Shown in pieces: positions 37,388-47,386 of a DNA stretch of 64,000 bases. The stretch is from Sedimentisphaerales bacterium. GTDB lineage: Bacteria; Planctomycetota; Phycisphaerae; Sedimentisphaerales; Anaerobacaceae. How positions within the stretch are numbered: the first letter of the stretch is position 1; each line of letters opens with the position of its first letter. Position numbers and translations under genes: made by a program. A model generated the notes under the pieces. That model had not been told where the DNA came from. It did not search any database and worked only from the letters and a program-made list of their open reading frames with translations. Where the stretch lies: positions 3,680,001-3,744,000 of the forward strand of contig OY970194.1 of NCBI GenBank assembly GCA_963708075.1, given 5' to 3'.

Positions 37388-39652
37388 ATGAAGTCCTTCC
37401 TTTTCGTTCTCGCCGGCGCCGTCTTTGGCGCCCTGCTGTTTTTCCAAAGGACCGACGCACAGACACAGGGATCGGATGCTTTCGAGCAGAACAAGCATCT
37501 GGGGCGTGGCGTGAACGTCCTCGGCTACGATCCGATCTGGAAAGATCGCAGCCGGGGACGGTTTGGGGCCGAGCACTTCCGCCTGATCCACGAGGCCGGC
37601 TTCAGCCACGTCCGGGTCAACCTCCATCCCTTCCGCGATTGCGGCAGCACAATCACCGAGCCTTACTTCCAGACACTGGATTGGGCCATCGAGCAGGCCC
37701 TGGCCAACAAGCTCATGGTCATCCTCGATTTCCATGAGTTCAACGCGATGGCCCGCGACCCCAACGGACTCAAGGACCGATTCCTGGCGACGTGGACGCA
37801 GCTCTCGCAGCGTTATAAGGATCAGCCCGGAGAGGTCCTGTTCGAGATCCTCAACGAGCCCAACAGCAAGCTGACACCGGAACTGTGGAACGTGTATCTG
37901 CGCAAGGCCCTGGCGATCATCCGCCGGACGAATCCTGTTCGGACGGTTGTTATCGGTCCGGGCCAGTGGAACCAGGTCAGCCAGCTCGATAAACTGGAGC
38001 TGCCCGAAGGCGACCGCAATATCATCGTGACGATCCACTCCTACAGTCCCATGGAGTTCACGCATCAGGGCGCGCCGTGGACGGGTCAGAGAGACAAGAT
38101 CGGCGTCTCGTGGGATGGCACACCCCGGCAGAAGGAGGCCATCACGACCCTGTTCGACCAGGCGCAGGCGTGGTCGCAGAAGCACAAGCGGCCGATTCAC
38201 CTGGGGGAGTTCGGCGTCTATGACAAAGCCGAGATGTCCTCACGTGTCCGCTACCTTGACTTCGTGACACGGCAGGCGGAGGAACGCGGCTGGAGCTGGG
38301 CCTACTGGCAGTTCGACAGCGATTTTATCCTCTACGACATCCCCGGCAAGCGATGGGTCGAGCCGGTCCGCGATGCCTTGATCCCACCCGAATCGGGTCA
38401 GGGCGACGCAAGCCAAGACGGACAATCCGTGATGTCAACTAACCGGCCGATGCGACAGCGGCAGAATCTGGTTCTGACTGTCGGCCAGACGCAGGGCGAC
38501 CTGCAGGGCAAAGACGATAAGGTCATTCAAGCCGGTATCGAGTACCTGGACCGGTTGGGCGGCGGCACGCTTCGCATCCTGCCCGGCACGTACACCCTGC
38601 GAAATGCCATCTACCTGCGCCCCAACATCATCCTGCAAGGCTCGGGCGAGAGCACCGTGCTGAGAAAGGCTGACGGCGTTGTGACGGCGCTCTCGCGGGA
38701 TTCCGACTGGTTCGAGTACGGCGTTGCAGTGCAGGACGCCAATGGGTTCAGGCCGGGCGACGGAATCATGCTCCGGTCCAAATCAGGGCCGGGGGACTGG
38801 CAATTCGACGTGCTGCGCGCCACAGTCACGGCCATGCGCGGCAACGTCATTTTCCTGGACCAGTTGACCCGGGAGAACTTCTGGCTGGAGAAGCAGGCCA
38901 CCGCGGGAACCATCTTTCCGCTGCTCACCGCCGAGAACACGAACGACGTGGAGGTAAAAGACATCGTTCTTGACGGCAATCGGGGCGAGAACGAGCACAT
39001 CAACGGAAACTTCGCCGGAACGGTCTTCATTCAACATTGCAGCCGCTGGCGATTCACGAACGTCACGGCCCGCCACTACAATGGCGACGGCTTCAGCTTC
39101 CAGGTGTGCGACGACATTCAGTTCGAGAACTGCCAGGCTCTGAACAACGCTGATCTTGGATTTCACCCAGGCAGCGGCGCCCAGCGGCCGGTCTTCCGCA
39201 ACTGCACGGCAAAGGGCAACAACCTAGGCCTGTTCTTCTGCTGGAGCGTGTCCGACGGGCTCGCGGAGAATTGCGTGCTTTCTGAGAACAGGCAGTTCGG
39301 GATCAGCATCGGGCACCGGGACACGGATAACATAATCAAGAACTGCACGATCGAGCGTAACGGCGAGGTCGGCATCCTCTTTCGCGAGGAGGGCACCGAC
39401 TTTCGTGGCGGCCACCGCAACGAGATCGAGAACTGTGTGATCCGCGACAACGGCTCGATGGGTATCGATATTCGAGGCCGAACCCAGGACATCACCGTCC
39501 GCAACACAAGACTGGGGGCCCAGAAGACGGGCATCCGCGTCGGCAAGGAAGCCCGGAGAATCACCCTGCAGGAGAACACCTTCGATGATTGCTCTGTGCA
39601 AGTCGAAGACCTGCGATCCGGGACAGAGCCTGTCAATCCTCCTGTAAACTAG
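37388..39652 (+). CDS. GH5 domain fused to right-handed parallel beta-helix domain
   Basis: GRGVN, ILDFH, FEILNEP, IHSY, LGEFG, WAYW; then IQAGI..GGTLRILPGTY and Asn-ladder repeats. Confidence 0.85.
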   Translation: MKSFLFVLAGAVFGALLFFQRTDAQTQGSDAFEQNKHLGRGVNVLGYDPIWKDRSRGRFGAEHFRLIHEAGFSHVRVNLHPFRDCGSTITEPYFQTLDWAIEQALANKLMVILDFHEFNAMARDPNGLKDRFLATWTQLSQRYKDQPGEVLFEILNEPNSKLTPELWNVYLRKALAIIRRTNPVRTVVIGPGQWNQVSQLDKLELPEGDRNIIVTIHSYSPMEFTHQGAPWTGQRDKIGVSWDGTPRQKEAITTLFDQAQAWSQKHKRPIHLGEFGVYDKAEMSSRVRYLDFVTRQAEERGWSWAYWQFDSDFILYDIPGKRWVEPVRDALIPPESGQGDASQDGQSVMSTNRPMRQRQNLVLTVGQTQGDLQGKDDKVIQAGIEYLDRLGGGTLRILPGTYTLRNAIYLRPNIILQGSGESTVLRKADGVVTALSRDSDWFEYGVAVQDANGFRPGDGIMLRSKSGPGDWQFDVLRATVTAMRGNVIFLDQLTRENFWLEKQATAGTIFPLLTAENTNDVEVKDIVLDGNRGENEHINGNFAGTVFIQHCSRWRFTNVTARHYNGDGFSFQVCDDIQFENCQALNNADLGFHPGSGAQRPVFRNCTAKGNNLGLFFCWSVSDGLAENCVLSENRQFGISIGHRDTDNIIKNCTIERNGEVGILFREEGTDFRGGHRNEIENCVIRDNGSMGIDIRGRTQDITVRNTRLGAQKTGIRVGKEARRITLQENTFDDCSVQVEDLRSGTEPVNPPVN

Positions 39653-39682
39653 TGCTCCGGCTACGCTGATCTGGTGGATATC

Positions 39683-39776
39683 GGGCGGCAGCGGCAAGCG
39701 GAGTCTTCGGAGCTTGCCGATGGTGCCTCGGCGCAGACACGAGCCATCGGCAAGCTGGCGCTTGCCGCTGCCACCC
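39683..39776. repeat. REP doublet, variant of the GTGG family
   Basis: GGGCGGCAGCGGCAAGC..GCTTGCCGATGG and inverted CCATCGGCAAGC..GCTTGCCGCTGCCACCC. Confidence 0.85.
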
Positions 39777-39805
39777 ATCATAATTGATATTCTCTAAGCA
39801 CCATT

Positions 39806-41341
39806 CTATGGTGGGCGGAGACTAGCGGCTTCCGGATCGAACGTGGTCTCCGGCTCGAACGGGAAGATGGGCTTGCGCCGGCGCGTGTACGTCAGTCGCT
39901 CGATACGCATGTCTCCCGCTCCCGGTGTCAGAAGCATGATGTAACGAGGGGCGATGCGGGTCAAGCCGGGGAAGAGATAACCCTCCTTGACGACCACGAT
40001 CTTGTAGGTCAACGGATCGATTCTGCAAGCCTTGAATTGGTCGGGATTGGTGAAGGCCATTGGGCCGTCGGACAGAATCACGTCCACATCACCAACGCGA
40101 ACGACGGCCGTGCCGGAGTCTTTGACTAATCGCACAACCCGTGTTTCCGCCTGCAGCGGCGGCCCGAACTGCTTCTCTACGGTGGCGCCGATAGAAAGAG
40201 GCAAGATCTTGCCCTCGCCCGCTTCGAAGCATTGCCTTGTTGCTCCTGTGTCATTTATGCCCGCGACGAGGGAGTTTTTGATTCTTCGCAGGACAAGATG
40301 ACGCAGAACAATGGGCAGGTCTCCGGGCGTACTGGCCGTGACATTGTCGCCACTGTCAGTCAGGAACACTGTCGATTCCTTCGCCGCCACCGCGCGGGCG
40401 ACGCCCTCCTCCAACTCTGCGGTCTCGCAGCCGAAAGCGAATTCCCGCCGGGCATCCCACACGTTACGGGCCAGATAGACTGCGGCTTCGCGAGCAGCAT
40501 CTTGCGACCCATCGGCCGTAACCATCACCGACATTCCCGTATCCGGTGAATCCGTCCACGCGCAGCCGACGAAAATCGTAGCGGCCAGGATCTTCTCCTC
40601 ATGGCCGGCAATGCCTTCCCGCTCCAGCTTTCTCGCCTCCTCCACGAGGGACCGGAAGGGCTCGGAAGTCGTCATCGCCTTCTCGCCCTGCAGGATCATC
40701 GGAATCGGCAGAACACAGGAGACCGGGAATATCCTGCCCCTGAGGGTATCCAGCAGGATGCTGCCCGCCAATTCAGCGGTTTGCGCACCATCAGTATGCG
40801 GGGCGGTCTTCAGGCCGACGAGGATGTCACCGTACTGCGCCAGCCGGGCAGGGATATTGCCATGCAGGTCGAACGTGCAGGCGATCGGGATGTCAGGCCC
40901 GACAATAGAGCGGACTTCGCCCACAAGGATCGTTTCCGCCGGGCCGATGCCCTCAGCATACATCGCCCCATGGAGCCGTAGGAACACGGCATCGACCGGC
41001 ATCGCCGCCCGCAGCGAATCCACGACCCGATCCATTGCCTCGCGGCAGGCTTTCTCCTCGATGGTCCCGCCGCCCAAGGGATAGGCCGACACACCGGGGA
41101 TAATCTCCAGGTCCGCCCCTTCCCAAGCGGCAAGAGACGGAATGCCCGGCTTCGGAAACGAGAATGCTGTCGTTCTCACCGGGTGGAATGTATTGGTCTC
41201 ATGAGCGAACCCGGCGACGAACACCCGCTTCGTTCGTTTCCCGGCGGGCTCGGCGGCAGACACATGCTTCGACAGAATGGCACCCGTTCCAGCGGCCCCG
41301 ATTGCCATCGCATCACGTAGAAACTCCCTGCGATTTTTCAT
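39806..41341 (-). CDS. M81 family metallopeptidase (MlrC-like), Tat signal
   Basis: NRREFL; HETNTF, LHGAM, DLHGN, PHTD, DSGDN. Confidence 0.9.
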   Translation of the reverse strand: MKNRREFLRDAMAIGAAGTGAILSKHVSAAEPAGKRTKRVFVAGFAHETNTFHPVRTTAFSFPKPGIPSLAAWEGADLEIIPGVSAYPLGGGTIEEKACREAMDRVVDSLRAAMPVDAVFLRLHGAMYAEGIGPAETILVGEVRSIVGPDIPIACTFDLHGNIPARLAQYGDILVGLKTAPHTDGAQTAELAGSILLDTLRGRIFPVSCVLPIPMILQGEKAMTTSEPFRSLVEEARKLEREGIAGHEEKILAATIFVGCAWTDSPDTGMSVMVTADGSQDAAREAAVYLARNVWDARREFAFGCETAELEEGVARAVAAKESTVFLTDSGDNVTASTPGDLPIVLRHLVLRRIKNSLVAGINDTGATRQCFEAGEGKILPLSIGATVEKQFGPPLQAETRVVRLVKDSGTAVVRVGDVDVILSDGPMAFTNPDQFKACRIDPLTYKIVVVKEGYLFPGLTRIAPRYIMLLTPGAGDMRIERLTYTRRRKPIFPFEPETTFDPEAASLRPP

Positions 41342-43878
41342 TATTGCCTCCGATATACAACCGTCGCCACTCCCGGTCTCTCTGCAATAGTTATCAGCAG
41401 TCCGTCGTTCAGAAGTTCGCGGCCGCTGCAGGGGTGGGTTTCAAACCCGCCCTTATCGAAGCTGGTCAGATGGTAGTCAGTGTTCTCGTCTACACCTTTG
41501 AGCCTGAGCCTTGCGGATTCGTAGAAGCTGTTGTGCCGGCGGAAGACCTGGACCATGCCCTCTCCGACCTCCGGGCGGTCGAACTGCCAGGCCATCCATA
41601 CGGTGTCATCTCGCGTCCACGGCGTCAACGGGTAGAAATCGCCATAGTAATTCGTGTTGATCCGTCGCCACTGCTCGATGAACCGACGCAGTGCCGGGTA
41701 ATCGATGTCGCGCACGCGGATGTCGATGCCGAATCCCAGGCTCTGCCCGGCGTTGCTCCAGAGTGCGTATGGCTCGACGGCGGTCTTGCCGCTGCCGTAG
41801 TAGGGCGCGTTTCGCATGCCCACCGTGCCGGTGCCGTGGAACGGCAGCCACAGCGATAGGCCATACATCATGCACTGGTGGCCGATCGCCTCGTAGGCGT
41901 AGTCGCTTCGCCACAGGGGCACAGCGCGGCGCATCGTCTCGATGTCGTTGCGCCGGCCGCCGCTGGCGCACGAGTCGATGAGCATATTCGGATGCCGGCG
42001 GCGAAGCTCATCCCAGTAGGCAAGATAGCCCGTGACGTGCCTGATCTCCGCGATGCCCTGGCGGTCGGGGGCATCGGCCTTGCGCCAGTAGTCCAGCGGG
42101 TCCATGTTGAAATCCTGGCGGTAGAGGTCGATGCCCTGCTCGGTGAGCAGCCGGTCCACGTGCTCGGTTAGCCATTGGCGGGCAGCATCATCGCCGAGGT
42201 TGAGCAGGCCGCCCTTGGCCCCGCCGAGAATCCATTCCGGATGATTGTCCGAGAGCCACGTGCCGGCGGCCACCCGCTCCGGCTCGAACCAAAACAGTGT
42301 CTTGAGGCCCTTGCCGTGCGCGTAATCCGAGACAGCCCGCAGCCCTCGCGGGAACCGGGCCTTGTCCACCTCCCACGTCCCCACGCGGGGCCAGCCGCCG
42401 CCGTGATGCACGTACCAGCCCGCGTCCATCCACCAGTAATCGAGCTTGATCCCCTCCTCCAGGTAGCGATCGATGAACAGGATCTGGCGAGCTTCGTTGG
42501 CGTCGATCATCTCGTTGTACTGGCGGGAGCTGGAGGCCAGCAGTTGCGGCTTGGGCAGTTCGCCGCCGGGCCTGGGCATGGAATGCGCCATCATCCAGCG
42601 GCGCCAGACGTTCTGGGCGGTGATCCAGTCGCCTTTCCAGAACTGCAACACGATCAGCGGGCTGCGGACCTGCTCGCCCGGCAGCAGCTTGAATCGCGTC
42701 AGCTCCTGGCCCGCCTGTACGTGCAGCCCTCGCGCATTGTCGCGCACGAACTGCGCCGCCCATTGCCCGGGCCAGCCAACCGCGACGATCAGCCCCTCGC
42801 CGGACCATTCGAGGTTGAAGTAGGACCAGTCGACATTGGTCGGCCTGCCGCCTGATCCGCCAAGACGCTTGGTGACGTTGCGCCCCAGAGGCGTTTCCAC
42901 TAAGCCGTAGTCATTGCCGTTGGCGGGAGACCCAACATTGTGATGCAGCAGGAACTCGCCCTCAGTGCCACCGGTGAACCCCATATCGAGTGCTTGAATC
43001 TTCTCCAGAACCGGCGAGTCAGCAGAGCCCGTATTCTTGAAGTAGAGTGTCCACTCGACCGTGGGGAAATCCTGGTACTCGACAGCCACGCAGCGAACTT
43101 CAAGACTGCCCGCCGGGTCGATGTACACGAGTGTGTGCTCGGTACGCTGCGAGTCGAGCTTCTGACTCGTGTAATTGGCCTTCCAGGATTTGAGCAACTC
43201 CGTTGACGGCTTACCGTCGTAAACGAACGAAAATGGCGGCTGTGTGAGCGATGGTTTCGCTGCTCCGATCCAGCCAAGCGGCAGGTCCTGGAGCAAGATG
43301 CTCGAGCCGTCCTGGAGTCTCACCGCAGCCTCGGCCCAGAGCGCCTGATCCCAGCCGCGGCCGTCGCCGCCATCCTTCACGCGAATCTCGAATTGCCGGG
43401 CGCCATTCAGTGGAATGTCGATCACACGCGCTGCATCTTTGAGCCGCAGTACGGGCGATGTGAAAACCTCCTTGCCGTCCACAAGTACATGGAACGTCAC
43501 GGAACCATTTCCCATGGCCATCCCGGCCCGGGTGCTGTCGTTATTCTCCAGGCCAACCTCAGCTACGAAGCGTTCCGCAGGCCGGCCGAGGACTACCAGA
43601 AGGTGCTTCGTGGAATTGAACGCCAGGCCGTTCGTGTAGGTCTTGTCACCAATCTGAAACGGCGTCCCGCGCCACGACCGCCCGCGAGATATGCCTTCGG
43701 AGGCGTCCTCATAGAGCAGTTCCAAATGGGGCCGTACCGTCTCCTGTGCCCTGCCGAGCAGCGGGTCAAACCATTCGTTGCGAAGACGAACATCGTCATC
43801 TCTTGGCGTCACCGCTCCAGCCATTGTGGCGATAAACAGACCCACCAACACGCCGGCAAGAACAAATCGATCCTTCAT
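41341..43878 (-). CDS. GH36-like alpha-galactosidase with N-terminal NPCBM/NEW2 domain
   Basis: NPCBM-like GSVTFHV..DQALWAEA; WWMDAGWY, WFEPE, YRQDFN, IDSCASGGRRND. Confidence 0.88.
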   Translation of the reverse strand: MKDRFVLAGVLVGLFIATMAGAVTPRDDDVRLRNEWFDPLLGRAQETVRPHLELLYEDASEGISRGRSWRGTPFQIGDKTYTNGLAFNSTKHLLVVLGRPAERFVAEVGLENNDSTRAGMAMGNGSVTFHVLVDGKEVFTSPVLRLKDAARVIDIPLNGARQFEIRVKDGGDGRGWDQALWAEAAVRLQDGSSILLQDLPLGWIGAAKPSLTQPPFSFVYDGKPSTELLKSWKANYTSQKLDSQRTEHTLVYIDPAGSLEVRCVAVEYQDFPTVEWTLYFKNTGSADSPVLEKIQALDMGFTGGTEGEFLLHHNVGSPANGNDYGLVETPLGRNVTKRLGGSGGRPTNVDWSYFNLEWSGEGLIVAVGWPGQWAAQFVRDNARGLHVQAGQELTRFKLLPGEQVRSPLIVLQFWKGDWITAQNVWRRWMMAHSMPRPGGELPKPQLLASSSRQYNEMIDANEARQILFIDRYLEEGIKLDYWWMDAGWYVHHGGGWPRVGTWEVDKARFPRGLRAVSDYAHGKGLKTLFWFEPERVAAGTWLSDNHPEWILGGAKGGLLNLGDDAARQWLTEHVDRLLTEQGIDLYRQDFNMDPLDYWRKADAPDRQGIAEIRHVTGYLAYWDELRRRHPNMLIDSCASGGRRNDIETMRRAVPLWRSDYAYEAIGHQCMMYGLSLWLPFHGTGTVGMRNAPYYGSGKTAVEPYALWSNAGQSLGFGIDIRVRDIDYPALRRFIEQWRRINTNYYGDFYPLTPWTRDDTVWMAWQFDRPEVGEGMVQVFRRHNSFYESARLRLKGVDENTDYHLTSFDKGGFETHPCSGRELLNDGLLITIAERPGVATVVYRRQ
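41428..41454 (+). repeat. Degenerate GTAG-type REP within alpha-galactosidase CDS
   Basis: GCAGGGGTGGGTTTCAAACCCGCCCTT, read antisense as KGGFETHPC. Confidence 0.8.
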
Positions 43879-43921
43879 CGTTCACATCTCCTTCGCTGTG
43901 TCGGCAGGTTCCATCCTGCCG

Positions 43922-45367
43922 CTATGCCTGACTCGCCTCTGGCGGATTGTGTCCGTGATGCACGTAGTGCTCGACCAACTTCCTGACCTGTCCGTTCTGC
44001 GGCGTTTCCTCCTCATTGAGTGTTTCCGTGGCCTGATCGAAGTGCTTGCGCTGCGTCTGGCAGGACTTTCGCAGCAGGGCCAGAGCTTCGCGTCTCATCT
44101 CCGGGATATTCATCTCCATCATCAACGCCGCCTTCTCACCCCGTCCGTAAATACGTGCGAGGGACTCGCGCCTGGCGAAGGTCTGCAGGAACGCCTTTTC
44201 CAGAACGACGATCTCCTGGATCGAGAGCAGCCTCTCATCGATCCTCTTGTGCAGTTGAGCCCCGCTCTCCACGCCCAGCATGTGCAGAACGTGCTCCCAT
44301 GCCCTGCAGGGCAGCATGCGAATCTTCGTGATCTCCAACAGCGACTTTCTCTCGTTGCTCAAAAAGACGCTGAGCATCCGCTGGGCCTCCTCGCGCGAAT
44401 GCATCTGCTGCTGCCTCCGCACGAACTCGAACTGCCAGGCCTGCGAGGAATCTCGAATTTCGAATCCCGAATCTCGAATTTGTCTGAGAAGATGGCGGGC
44501 TTCCTCTGCCGCCGCCCGTTGAATGACCGGCAACGTCTCTTCGTTGAGGGCATCAGGAATCTCGGATGGTCCCTTGGACAAGGTGGCGGCTGCGTTTTCT
44601 GCCGTGCCGGGTGTCTGCGCGGAGGCCGCCAACGGTTTCCCCTCTTTCAGAGCCTTCATGAACGGGAGGAATGTATGGGCCAATTCCTGATGCTTGCCCT
44701 TCCTGGCAAAGCGGCCGAGCACCTTGTGCCAATCGTGGTAGCGTTTCTCGTCCCTGAAATACTCGTGGATATCAACCGCCAGACCCGAATGGACGCCGGC
44801 CTCGACACTCTGCTCGGTGATGATCTTCATGCCCTTGAGCACGGAGAACATGTAGTCCGTGTATCTCTCTGCATCGCTTTCTTTGCGCTTTCGCAACCGT
44901 CTCAGCGCGACCCCTATATTGTCCAGCATCAAGTCGTTCACGGTGAGGACGTAGGAAGGGACCTGTTCCGCCTGCTCGAACTCGGCCACCTCCGCCATCC
45001 CCGCCAGAATGCTGTCGTCGGTCGTCTCTTTTGGGGAGTTGGAGTCCTCGGTCGCGGCCTCCATCTCCTTCTGAATCCTCGTGAGCAGCTCATCCACGTC
45101 CCTGACGGCCCTCCTGAGGAATCGCTCTCTGACGTTGTCGGCGATCCGAGCCGGACTGACCACCTTGATCACCACAAGGGCCGCCACAGCCACGCCCACC
45201 CAGGCGAAGATCCTTCCCACTTGGCGCAGCAATTCATTGAGTTGGTCGATCTGCTTCTGGCCCTGCGGATTGATCCGCTCAAACCCATCCTCGTCCGTAC
45301 CTTGGCCCCAAGCAGCGACGGCCAGTCCCAATATGATGACGCTCATCAGGAGCAGCATCCGTTTCAT
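43922..45367 (-). CDS. Hypothetical membrane-anchored, helix-rich protein
   Basis: Signal peptide, one further TM helix, long charged helical region; ATGA overlap with upstream gene; no family recognised. Confidence 0.75.
   Translation of the reverse strand: MKRMLLLMSVIILGLAVAAWGQGTDEDGFERINPQGQKQIDQLNELLRQVGRIFAWVGVAVAALVVIKVVSPARIADNVRERFLRRAVRDVDELLTRIQKEMEAATEDSNSPKETTDDSILAGMAEVAEFEQAEQVPSYVLTVNDLMLDNIGVALRRLRKRKESDAERYTDYMFSVLKGMKIITEQSVEAGVHSGLAVDIHEYFRDEKRYHDWHKVLGRFARKGKHQELAHTFLPFMKALKEGKPLAASAQTPGTAENAAATLSKGPSEIPDALNEETLPVIQRAAAEEARHLLRQIRDSGFEIRDSSQAWQFEFVRRQQQMHSREEAQRMLSVFLSNERKSLLEITKIRMLPCRAWEHVLHMLGVESGAQLHKRIDERLLSIQEIVVLEKAFLQTFARRESLARIYGRGEKAALMMEMNIPEMRREALALLRKSCQTQRKHFDQATETLNEEETPQNGQVRKLVEHYVHHGHNPPEASQA
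44448..44481. repeat. Heptamer array (GAATYYC)n inside CDS
   Basis: GAATCTC GAATTTC GAATCCC GAATCTC GAATTT, read as IRDSGFEIRDS. Confidence 0.85.
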
Positions 45368-47067
45368 GGCTGGCTCGCCTTCATGATTTCGCTGGCCAGG
45401 CGCTCGCGCAGCGGGAGCAGTTGGCGCGGGTCCTGGTCCCATGTGCCCCAGGTCGGCACTGCCGAGCGCACGACCTCATCGACAATGGCTCTTCCGCCGC
45501 GTTTTTCGAGCAGAGCGAAATACTCGTAGTCCTCCATGCCGTCACGCAGGTTCTTGAGCCGAATGGAAGCGACCGGACCCTCGATCCCGGCATCCTCGCC
45601 CGGATAGAACAACATTCCTTCCCCATTGAACTGCACCCGGAAGCCGGGATCGTCCCAGGGATTGCGCTGCGGGCTGGTCCAGCAGACGGTGGTCCAGTAT
45701 AGAAGCCCTGTCACGCCATAACGCCGGTTCAGCCACGGGGCGATTCGATAGCCCAGGACAGGGAAATCAATCTGCCAGTACGGCGGGTTATCGTTCCTGA
45801 CCTTCTCATATTCCGGGTGATAGGACGGCGCCCTCTGGCAAAGTGCCGTGTAGCTCCACACGTCATCGCCGTGTCCCTGGACACGCTTTATGCTCGACTC
45901 ATCGAGGAAGGCGAAGAGGGGGCACCATATGTCGATGGCCTCATCGATCGGCCCCCATTCCGGGTTCTGTGAGTATGGCTGCTCCACGACCAGGCACCGA
46001 AGGCCAGGCTCGGCCTCGTGGACCAGCGCCCCCAACTGCCGTACCCGCTCATACGCCTCTTTATCATTCGGCTCGTCGAGCATATACAGGTATGCCCGCT
46101 CGGCCCAGCCTTTCTTCTTCAGATAAGCATACCACGACCGATAGTAGCGAATGGCCTTGTCACGATTCGCCGCCAGGACATCGGAAAACGGCGCACGCAG
46201 GACCTCGATGTTCGTGACGTGGTACTGTTCGACGAATGCGGTGATCCGCCGGTCCGTCTCCTCGTCGAATTGAGCCGCGCCGTCCTCGGCGATCTGTGGA
46301 TAAAGATATCGCGGCAGCGGTGGATTGATGCGGTGCGCGGCCATCATTGCGATATACCGGTCCTCCAGCAGGCGGTACTTCTCCGAGTTCTCCTCCAGCT
46401 TGTGGTACCTGGCCATGTAGGAGAAATGGCCGAAGTGATTCTCGTGGGTGGGGCCGTCCGGCAGGACGAAATCCCAGACGGTGACTCGCACGGGAATCGC
46501 GACTGGCTGTACATTTCGCGCCCGCACGGAGAACGTGCCGGCATAGACCCCCGGTGCGGCATCCGCGGGGACCTCCACGTCCACCCACAGCGGCTGGTGC
46601 CTGTCTTGCCACAGATCGAAGCCTACCGCGCCGAAGCGTCCCCCATCCCGTTGCTCTCCGCGCCAGCGCGGCTCCCGAACTTCCTCGTTCGTGTACGGAT
46701 TCACAAAGGGCACCAGCGGGTCGGCAATCAGGCCGGGCGCCACCGTCGCCCCCGGGGCGGAATACCGAACGGGGATAAATACCTCGCGATAGACGCTGAC
46801 GTTCTTGACCGGCAGCGTCTCACCTGTGTCCTTCTTCAAGGGCGACATCTGGGCGGAGATGCCCTGCAGATTCCCACCCACCGCCGTGACCACGACCTGG
46901 AAGGACTCAACCTCGCCGCGAGCGCTGGATATCTCTGCGGCATCCATTCCTTCGATGGCGTCCTCCTGTCCCACACGCACCGTTGGAGACAAAGCTGCCA
47001 GCCGTATTGCCCCCGTCGCCATCTGTGCTGAAAGGAATGCGAAAAAGACTGTTGTCCACAATCTCAT
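45364..47067 (-). CDS. DUF4091/GH123-like secreted glycoside hydrolase
   Basis: ARGEVESFQ, DPLVP, QPLWVDV, LDEP, GLLYW, GEGMLFYPG, SIRLKNLRDGMEDYEY. Confidence 0.82.
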   Translation of the reverse strand: MRLWTTVFFAFLSAQMATGAIRLAALSPTVRVGQEDAIEGMDAAEISSARGEVESFQVVVTAVGGNLQGISAQMSPLKKDTGETLPVKNVSVYREVFIPVRYSAPGATVAPGLIADPLVPFVNPYTNEEVREPRWRGEQRDGGRFGAVGFDLWQDRHQPLWVDVEVPADAAPGVYAGTFSVRARNVQPVAIPVRVTVWDFVLPDGPTHENHFGHFSYMARYHKLEENSEKYRLLEDRYIAMMAAHRINPPLPRYLYPQIAEDGAAQFDEETDRRITAFVEQYHVTNIEVLRAPFSDVLAANRDKAIRYYRSWYAYLKKKGWAERAYLYMLDEPNDKEAYERVRQLGALVHEAEPGLRCLVVEQPYSQNPEWGPIDEAIDIWCPLFAFLDESSIKRVQGHGDDVWSYTALCQRAPSYHPEYEKVRNDNPPYWQIDFPVLGYRIAPWLNRRYGVTGLLYWTTVCWTSPQRNPWDDPGFRVQFNGEGMLFYPGEDAGIEGPVASIRLKNLRDGMEDYEYFALLEKRGGRAIVDEVVRSAVPTWGTWDQDPRQLLPLRERLASEIMKASQP

Positions 47068-47105
47068 ATCGATGTACCTCCCATTGCCATCAATGATGCC
47101 CCGGG

Positions 47106-47133
47106 GTACGGGCGAATCATTATTCGCCCCTAC
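47106..47133 (-). repeat. GTAG-type REP, single, intergenic
   Basis: Reverse complement reads GTAG-GGGCGAAT-AATG-ATTCGCCC-GTAC. Confidence 0.75.
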
Positions 47134-47248
47134 TGAGCGACCGCGGAAATCCAAGCACATTTATGGTACTATGTGGGTCTGCCGTCTGCAAAGATATATT
47201 CGAGCCGGCATTTTGGGAGTGTCTGCGTGGATTTCAGGACACTGTGCT

Positions 47249-47337
47249 GGGTGGCAGCGTCAAAACCGAAGGCCTTGGCGATGGCTCCCTCGCATCAGAG
47301 GAAAACCATCGCCAAGCTGCGCTTGACGCTGCCACCC
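47249..47337. repeat. REP doublet, GTGG family
   Basis: B unit 47249-47284 and inverted A unit 47306-47337. Confidence 0.92.
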
Positions 47338-47386
47338 GACTCTCAGATTACTTTCACAGACACTTGTGGAAAAGGGCTTTCGCAAG

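Noticed and set aside
39806..41341. Microcystin degradation locus
   Set aside because: Only an MlrC-family domain is present, without mlrA, mlrB or mlrD; the family is widespread.
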